Positions 57,605 to 64,000 of a stretch of DNA of 64,000 nt are shown here, in pieces. The notes below the pieces were generated by a model, which was not told where the DNA came from, ran no database searches, and worked only from the letters and a program-made list of their open reading frames with translations. The first letter of the stretch is position 1; each line of letters starts with the position of its first letter. Source of the DNA: Candidatus Curtissbacteria bacterium (GTDB taxonomy: Bacteria > Patescibacteriota > Microgenomatia > Curtissbacterales > GWA2-41-24); NCBI GenBank assembly GCA_030647775.1, contig JAUSJC010000010.1, forward strand, positions 72,718 through 136,717. The letters are read 5' to 3'. A program made the translations under genes and the position numbers.

Positions 57605-59443
57605 ATGACCTCGCAAGAACTTCGCCAGAAGTATCTTAAGTTTTTTGAAGACAAGGGACACAAAATTATTCCCTCGGCATCTCTTGTGCCCAAAGAAGAT
57701 GTGGAGCTTGCCGGGACCCAGCGCGTTTTATTTACGACAGCCGGTATGCATCCACTGGTTCCCTATCTACTTGGCACGTCTCACCCCGAAGGCAAGCGCT
57801 TGGTAAACGTTCAAAAATGTCTTAGAACCGACGATATCGACCAAGTCGGGGACAGCGTCCATAACACATTTTTCGAAATGCTTGGCAACTGGTCGCTTGG
57901 CGACTACGGTAAAGTTGAGGCCATTTCCTGGTCATACGATTTCCTAATCAACCATTTAAAACTCGATGCCAAACGCCTTTATATTTCTGTTTTTGCCGGG
58001 GACGACGATGCGCCATTTGACCAAGAGTCTTTCGATATCTGGAGAAAACTCGGTATGCCCGAAGATCACATATTTCGCTACGGCAAAAAAGATAATTGGT
58101 GGGGTCCCGTTGGCCCGAGCGGTCCATGCGGCCCGGACACCGAAATGTTCTACGATATCAAACCTAACGATCCCGGATCGTTAGACCCGTCAAGCAATTC
58201 CCAACGCTTCGTCGAAATCTGGAACGACGTTTTTATGGAGTACGACAAACAAAAAGATGGATCGTTCAAACCTCTTGCTCAACGAAACGTCGACACCGGC
58301 ATGGGCTTGGAACGAATGCTTGCAGTTTTACAAAACGCGCCTTCAAGCTTAGGCCCGCAGTTCTGCATTGCAGAACGAGGACCGCATGCCATGGCCCTTG
58401 TAAGGGGCACTGTATACGAAACCGATGTTTTTCTTCCTCTTATGAAACAGATAGAGGAATTATCGGCAAACTTCCAGGATAAATCCGCCCGCATTGTAGC
58501 CGACCATCTGCGCGCATCGGTTTTCCTCATATCAGACGGAGTCATTCCGTCAAACGTCGAACGCGGCTATATCCTGCGCCGCCTGATCCGCCGCCTGATC
58601 CGCCACGCATCGCTTCTTAAAATCGAGCAGGATTTCTTAGAAGATTTAACAAAAGTTGTCGTTAAAACCTATAGCGATTTTTATCCAAAGCTAGAAGAGT
58701 TTCAGGAATCAATCATCACTGAACTTAAAAAAGAGGAAGCAAAGTTTAAAAAAGCCTTAGCCCAAGGCATCCATGAGTTTGAAAAGATAGGCGGCGACAT
58801 TTCCGGCCGCGACGCTTTTAATCTTTATCAAAACTACGGTTTCCCCATAGAGTTAACTGTCGAAATGGCCCTTGAATCAAATAAAGGAGTTGACGTCCCG
58901 GGTTTTGAAAAAGAATTCAAGGCCCATCAGGATTTATCCCGAAAAGCGGGGGAGAAAACCAAAGGGGGAATGACTACTCAAAGCGACCGCACCGCCAAGC
59001 TCCATACGGCAACCCATCTTCTGCACCAGGCACTCCGTGATGTATTGGGAGACCATGCTCACCAAACCGGTTCACACATTACGGACGTTAGGCTGCGTTT
59101 TGATTTCACTCACGACGCCAAAATGACGGAAGACCAGATTAAAAAAGTTGAAGATTTGGTCAACCAAAAAATAAAAGATAATCTGCCGGTCGAGAAAGTT
59201 ACCATGCCGAAAGCCGCGGCCGACGAAATCGGTGCCATTGGCCTGTTTGACGATAAATACGGCGATCTGGTCAACATTTACTTTATGGGTGCAGGTAATC
59301 CCAAAGATGCCTATTCCAAAGAATTTTGCGGCGGTCCGCACGCCGACTCGACAGGATCGCTTGGAAAGTTTAAGATAATTAAAGAGGAATCAGCAGGTTC
59401 TGGCGTGCGCCGAATCTATGCTACAATTAGTAATCCGAATTGA
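57605..59443 (+). CDS. alaS: Alanyl-tRNA synthetase (short form)
   Basis: FTTAGM, HNTFFEMLGNWS, DTGMGLER, HTATHLL and CGGPH motifs; 22-codon insertion. Confidence 0.97.
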   Translation: MTSQELRQKYLKFFEDKGHKIIPSASLVPKEDVELAGTQRVLFTTAGMHPLVPYLLGTSHPEGKRLVNVQKCLRTDDIDQVGDSVHNTFFEMLGNWSLGDYGKVEAISWSYDFLINHLKLDAKRLYISVFAGDDDAPFDQESFDIWRKLGMPEDHIFRYGKKDNWWGPVGPSGPCGPDTEMFYDIKPNDPGSLDPSSNSQRFVEIWNDVFMEYDKQKDGSFKPLAQRNVDTGMGLERMLAVLQNAPSSLGPQFCIAERGPHAMALVRGTVYETDVFLPLMKQIEELSANFQDKSARIVADHLRASVFLISDGVIPSNVERGYILRRLIRRLIRHASLLKIEQDFLEDLTKVVVKTYSDFYPKLEEFQESIITELKKEEAKFKKALAQGIHEFEKIGGDISGRDAFNLYQNYGFPIELTVEMALESNKGVDVPGFEKEFKAHQDLSRKAGEKTKGGMTTQSDRTAKLHTATHLLHQALRDVLGDHAHQTGSHITDVRLRFDFTHDAKMTEDQIKKVEDLVNQKIKDNLPVEKVTMPKAAADEIGAIGLFDDKYGDLVNIYFMGAGNPKDAYSKEFCGGPHADSTGSLGKFKIIKEESAGSGVRRIYATISNPN

Positions 59444-59518
59444 CCCGAATTCTTAGTCCGAATTTATCCAAATAATTCGGGATTGATTCGGAGTAATAAT
59501 TCGTATAAATTAGGATAT

Positions 59519-60214
59519 ATGGACCCGACTGCCCCAAAAGATAATCCGCCCGAGTCACCTCAGGCAACACCGCCTGCCGGTACTGCGCCGCCAAACCCCT
59601 GGTCAACTCCAGCTGAACCTGCAGCAAGTCAGGCCCAACCATCATCAGGATCAATTGAACCCGGCCAATTTGTCGCCGTCGGTGGACAAGATTCTGTACC
59701 TCCTCCAAGCCCGGCAGCCCCGGTGATGCCGCCAACACCGCCGGCCGCTACTCTGCCGCCGCTGCCAGAAAAGCCTCCGGTAGAAAACAGTCCAATTCTA
59801 GGTGCAACATCCCCGCCGGCAGCGCCCGAGCCGACTATCCCGGATTTAAACCCGCAGCCGGCCCCGTCGTTTTCCGGCCAGCCGAATCCGACACCGTATA
59901 CCCCTCCGCCTTCAGGACCGCAGGTGCAAATGCCGTCGTCCGGTGGAATTTCAAAAATCAAACAACTAAGGGTTGTGATTATCATCGCCGGAGTTTTAGC
60001 TCTGGTTATAATTATCGCCGCCCTGATGTGGTTTTTTGTCCTTAAACCCAAATCTAATCAGGCTGTAAATGTCCAAGGTTCCGGCCAGACCGACGTTATC
60101 GAACCGTCACCGCTTCCCAAAGTAACACAGGGCGGTTTTGGCGATTTGCCCCAGTCAACGGCCTCTTCGCAAGCCACAAAATCAGCAACCCCTTCTGCTC
60201 CTTTGGGAAGATAA
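59519..60214 (+). CDS. Proline-rich single-TM protein
   Basis: Low-complexity Pro-rich region plus one TM; start MDPT inferred. Confidence 0.65.
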   Translation: MDPTAPKDNPPESPQATPPAGTAPPNPWSTPAEPAASQAQPSSGSIEPGQFVAVGGQDSVPPPSPAAPVMPPTPPAATLPPLPEKPPVENSPILGATSPPAAPEPTIPDLNPQPAPSFSGQPNPTPYTPPPSGPQVQMPSSGGISKIKQLRVVIIIAGVLALVIIIAALMWFFVLKPKSNQAVNVQGSGQTDVIEPSPLPKVTQGGFGDLPQSTASSQATKSATPSAPLGR

Positions 60215-60287
60215 TCGTAATCAAAAATTACCTGATATTAGACCCAGTTTACTGGGCGCATGGCACTGTATATAATTAGGTTCGCGA

Positions 60288-62480
60288 ATGAAACTTTTCA
60301 ATCCCTTTTCAAAGCACAAACAGGAACCACAGCTGGAGGATAGTTATCTGGCGCTCACGCTTACCCCGGATAAAATCATGGCTTGCGTTTGGGATTTCAA
60401 TCTTGAAGATATTGTAATAAAGGCCGTCGAAGAAAGGCCGTTTAAAGATTCCGAAAACCTGATTCACGAAACGGCAGTTGCTATTGATAGTGCCTGTCAG
60501 AAAGCCGATACCGACGTTGCCAAAGTTGTTTTTGGTCTCTCCCAGTCTTGGTTCGAAGGGGAAGATATTTCCGAAAAATCCGCCAAAGTTTTAAAAACCC
60601 TGTCAGAAGATATGGAACTTGTTGCCCAGGCTTTTGTTTCACTTGCCTCCTCAATAAACCATTTCTTTAAGGTTACCGAAGGCATTACGCCCCAGGCCGT
60701 TTTAGTTGGAATCTTCCAAAGTTCCGTCTCAACGTTTTGTGAAGTTCATAAGGTTTTTAACAGTAAAGTCACATCTTCTAAAACCTCCACCCAAATTTTA
60801 TCGGTCGAGAAAATCAATGCCCTCATCGGTCAGCTTAAAGAGGGAGATGAAACCCTGCCTTCTAGAATTATCATCTACGGTAATCCCGACAGTGAGCTTT
60901 TGGAAAAACTCCAAAACGCAAAATTCGAAGGCCTTTTTGTTCACCAGCCAAAGATTGATGTCGTCGAAAATGACAAGCTTGCCGCTTCTGTCGCTTATGC
61001 CCAAGCCGCCGATATTTTAGGCCACGACCCTCTGCCGGATGGCACAAAAAAAGCCAGCCTCGCCGAGACCGGCGAGTCGAGGCGCGAAGAAACCCAAACA
61101 AAACGTCAGGAACCATCCGGGGCTGACGAACTGGGTTTTATTTCCGGAGTCGATATCTTACAAAATATAGAACCGGAAGCCAAAGAGGAACAGACACCCC
61201 TTCCTCTGGCGGTACCCCAACACAAAGGGCCGATAAGGAAAGAGGACTATGCAGTCGAAATCGAACCCAGTGAATACGAAGATCAGGCCAGAGTCGGCGT
61301 GCCAAAATTACCCAAATTTAGGATCCCAAAGCTTTTTAAAATGCCTTCTCTTCCGAAGCCTTCAAAAAAGTTAGGAATAATTTTGGCGGCAGTATTGGTG
61401 CTGGTTGTAATCGGTATCTTCGCCGCCGGCCAAACTTTAACTTCGGCCGAGGTTAATATTAAAGTAGCCGCCAAGTCCCAAGACGGCACTTTCAAAGCAA
61501 CAGTTGTTCCGCAAGGGTCTTACGACAAAAGCCGGTCACAAATTCCGGGCAAACTTATTACGGGCAAAGCCTCCGGCAGTCAAAAAGCCACCGCCACCGG
61601 CAGCAAAAAAATCGGAAACAATGCCAAAGGCCCGGTTGATTTTAGAAATTGGACCAAAGTTATCCAAACTTTTCCGACCGGGACAGAAATAATTACAGAC
61701 GGATTAAAATTCACCCTTGACTCCGATATCAGCATTCCTGCCAGAAATGATGCTGATAGTACTCCGGGAATCACCCACGCTACAATTACCGCCGAAGAAG
61801 TTGGCCCAACGTACAATGTCGGTTCGAACAAAACCTTTTCCATTGTTGGGACCGAAGCTTCCCTTTATGACGCAAAGTCAATTGACCCCGGTATTTCCGG
61901 CGGTGACGAAAAACAGGCGACTGTTGTTTCCCAGGACGACCTTGATAAGATGGCCAAATCCCTGACCGATAGCCTTACTCAAAAAGCCAAAGACGATTTT
62001 AAGACTAAATCCCAGGGTGCCAATATTCCCGACGGCTCTTTGGTGGTCAGCATCCTCAAAAAAGATTTCGATAAAAAGGTGGACGACGAAGCTTCCATCA
62101 TCAACCTCGATATGGAAATCGAGGCCAGTGCCGTTAGCTTTGACCAAAACGACCTTCAAAAATTAATTAGCGAAACCCAGGAAAACCAGACGAATCTCGA
62201 GCTGCGTCCCCAGGATATCGAGGTCTTTGATACAAACGTCAAAAGGACAAAAGACACGTTGGCAATTTCCGGCGCTTTTCGCGCGAAATTAATCCCTAAA
62301 TTCAATGAAGACCAGCTGGCCGTCCAAATTGCCGGCAAAAACATCAAAGAAGCAAGAGCTATCATAAAACTTACTCCGGAAGTTTCCGACGTCCTGGTTT
62401 CATTTTCTCCGGCCATCCCTTTTATCGATACCGTTCCCCGCGCCAAATCCAAAATAAGCTTTATTATAGAAATCTCCTAA
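60288..62480 (+). CDS. Membrane protein with FtsA-like N-region and baseplate-J-like C-region
   Basis: Central TM; ATATGSKKIG..AKG.V.F.N and A..VGPTYNV motifs. Family call is from memory. Confidence 0.55.
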   Translation: MKLFNPFSKHKQEPQLEDSYLALTLTPDKIMACVWDFNLEDIVIKAVEERPFKDSENLIHETAVAIDSACQKADTDVAKVVFGLSQSWFEGEDISEKSAKVLKTLSEDMELVAQAFVSLASSINHFFKVTEGITPQAVLVGIFQSSVSTFCEVHKVFNSKVTSSKTSTQILSVEKINALIGQLKEGDETLPSRIIIYGNPDSELLEKLQNAKFEGLFVHQPKIDVVENDKLAASVAYAQAADILGHDPLPDGTKKASLAETGESRREETQTKRQEPSGADELGFISGVDILQNIEPEAKEEQTPLPLAVPQHKGPIRKEDYAVEIEPSEYEDQARVGVPKLPKFRIPKLFKMPSLPKPSKKLGIILAAVLVLVVIGIFAAGQTLTSAEVNIKVAAKSQDGTFKATVVPQGSYDKSRSQIPGKLITGKASGSQKATATGSKKIGNNAKGPVDFRNWTKVIQTFPTGTEIITDGLKFTLDSDISIPARNDADSTPGITHATITAEEVGPTYNVGSNKTFSIVGTEASLYDAKSIDPGISGGDEKQATVVSQDDLDKMAKSLTDSLTQKAKDDFKTKSQGANIPDGSLVVSILKKDFDKKVDDEASIINLDMEIEASAVSFDQNDLQKLISETQENQTNLELRPQDIEVFDTNVKRTKDTLAISGAFRAKLIPKFNEDQLAVQIAGKNIKEARAIIKLTPEVSDVLVSFSPAIPFIDTVPRAKSKISFIIEIS

Positions 62481-62481
62481 A

Positions 62482-63198
62482 ATGGCTTTGGCAGTTTACA
62501 TAAAAGCTCCGCCCAAAGGGGTGAAGATAAGGCATAAAAATCGTGAACGGGCATTTTTCGGATTTATAACCGGCATCGGTATCCTCTCGATTATTTTTGC
62601 CGCCTGGCCGTTTATTGTCTGGGAGGTGAAAGTCCTGCCAAAACTCACCGCCAAATCGGCAAGCCTTGCTCCTGTTCCGAAGGCCCAAGTCCTGTCGGCG
62701 CAAATTATTGCCCAAAATGTTCAGGTTGTAAAAGACCCGGACGGTTTTTCGTACTTTACGACCGATTTTCGACCCGGCCAAAACCGTCCACAAGAATTTT
62801 CTCTTTCAGTGCCCAAACTAAAAATTAAAGACGCAAAAGTTTTAGTGGATAGTCTCAAATTTGATAATAATCTTGCCCATTTTCCAGGCACTGCCCTTCC
62901 GGGGCAAGTCGGAAACGGTTTTATAACCGGCCATTCGGTTCTGCCGCAATTTGCCGACCCCAAAAACTACAGAGCCATTTTTACTAATCTTTCCGATCTG
63001 GAAATTGGCGACGACATCGAAGTCAACTTAGATAACAGGATCTACCATTACATCGTCCAATACTCCAAAATCGTCGACCCCAAAGACACATCTGTTTTAG
63101 CTCCGATTTCTGCCGGCGGTCGTAATCTGACTTTAATGTCCTGTGTCCCGCCCGGCACCAGCATCAAACGCATCGTCGTCATCGCCTCATTACTTTAA
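62482..63198 (+). CDS. Sortase (class D/E-like)
   Basis: HFPGTALPG, ITGHS and LTLMSC..R catalytic motifs. Confidence 0.9.
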   Translation: MALAVYIKAPPKGVKIRHKNRERAFFGFITGIGILSIIFAAWPFIVWEVKVLPKLTAKSASLAPVPKAQVLSAQIIAQNVQVVKDPDGFSYFTTDFRPGQNRPQEFSLSVPKLKIKDAKVLVDSLKFDNNLAHFPGTALPGQVGNGFITGHSVLPQFADPKNYRAIFTNLSDLEIGDDIEVNLDNRIYHYIVQYSKIVDPKDTSVLAPISAGGRNLTLMSCVPPGTSIKRIVVIASLL

Positions 63199-63234
63199 AT
63201 TGACTATTAACCATTTACCATTTACGATTGACAA

Positions 63235-63633
63235 ATGATTTTAGGGATTGATCTTGGCGCAAAAACTACCGGTCTGGCAATATCCGGTAGCAGTATCGCT
63301 ACGCCCTATAAAACCATTATCCACAAAACGCTTGATCAAGCTCTTACTTCAATTATTCGAATCATTGAAGTAGAAAAAATTGACACCGTGGTTATCGGTT
63401 TTGTCGAGGGCAAAATTAAAACAATGTTTACCGATTTTGCATCCTCTATTAAAAAAGAACGACCGGATATTGAGGTTGTTTTGTGGGACGAAACTTTGAC
63501 ATCTGGACAGGCGCGCGAAACTATGATTAAACTCGAGTTACCAAAATTTAAGCGCCGCCAAAAAGAGCATGAATACGCAGCTGCTATAATTTTGCAAAGC
63601 TATCTAGACGAGACCCGTCTCTCGTCATCCTGA
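63235..63633 (+). CDS. ruvX: YqgF/RuvX resolvase-like RNase
   Basis: LGIDLG..TGLA, WDETLTS and AAAIILQSYLD motifs. Confidence 0.9.
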   Translation: MILGIDLGAKTTGLAISGSSIATPYKTIIHKTLDQALTSIIRIIEVEKIDTVVIGFVEGKIKTMFTDFASSIKKERPDIEVVLWDETLTSGQARETMIKLELPKFKRRQKEHEYAAAIILQSYLDETRLSSS

Positions 63634-63722
63634 ACTGGCACTTGTGTCATCCTGAACTTGTTTCAGGATCCGTGTTGTTTCAGGATCTAGATGCCGAAAC
63701 AAGTTCGGCATGACACACAGCT

Positions 63723-63929
63723 ATGATCAAAAGAATGTTAGCACCGGTTCAAGCATGGATTTTGCTTCAGGGGAAGTGCGTCGGTTGCGGCCGAACTCTT
63801 TCAAGTGGCGCGAAACTCGAAAGGGGAGACAATTCCCAACAGGTAACCTGCCAGTGCGGCCGCATTTTTATTTTTGATAAGCGCCGCGGCAAATACAGAA
63901 GGGCCCAGCGTCAGGAGATTAAAAATTGA
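63723..63929 (+). CDS. Small zinc-ribbon protein
   Basis: CVGC...CQC; basic tail. Confidence 0.6.
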   Translation: MIKRMLAPVQAWILLQGKCVGCGRTLSSGAKLERGDNSQQVTCQCGRIFIFDKRRGKYRRAQRQEIKN

Positions 63930-64000
63930 AAATCTCCCCCCGGGTTCTTATTTTGAGTTCTCGAAAAACAAGCTCTCTTATTGCCATAGTCGCACTTTTA

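Noticed and set aside
58577-58604. CGCCGCCTGATC tandem repeat in alaS
   Set aside because: Encodes the conserved LRRLIRR-type motif of AlaRS.
60288-62480. Prophage inferred from the baseplate-J-like domain
   Set aside because: No other phage genes; the protein is membrane-anchored among housekeeping genes.

Overview
This 64 kb window is bacterial chromosome backbone, most likely from a small-genome Patescibacteria/CPR (Microgenomates-like) organism. That assignment is inferred from the gene set, the shortened IF2/AlaRS/Lon proteins and leaderless-style promoters. Housekeeping genes include metG, tatD, a PBP1A, rmuC, two UvrD helicases, trxA, tpiA, rpsT, murJ, lepA, hrcA-grpE-dnaK-dnaJ with a CIRCE operator, nusA, infB, rpsO, pnp, ftsK, alaS, a sortase and ruvX. 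I found no rRNA, tRNA, CRISPR array, transposase or integrase. The unusual features are in the DNA architecture. (1) Small hairpin elements, mainly TAG(G/C)CCCGCAG-hairpin-GAGGA(C/G)CGC, sit at gene termini next to extra, largely synonymously recoded copies of the terminus. There are 4 copies of a glycosyltransferase end, 2 of the rpsO end, 2 of the dnaJ start, and 3 of a methyltransferase end (with a second element family). In most cases an 8-9 nt inverted 'guide' co-varies with the new copy. (2) An integron-like array after dnaJ has 7 direct repeats (CCCAAATTCCCCGCTCGATTT) separating unrelated gene cassettes. (3) About 20 palindromic repeats are inserted in-frame into about 14 genes, similar to Rickettsia palindromic elements. 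All calls were read by eye and from the ORF track; no database searches were run.
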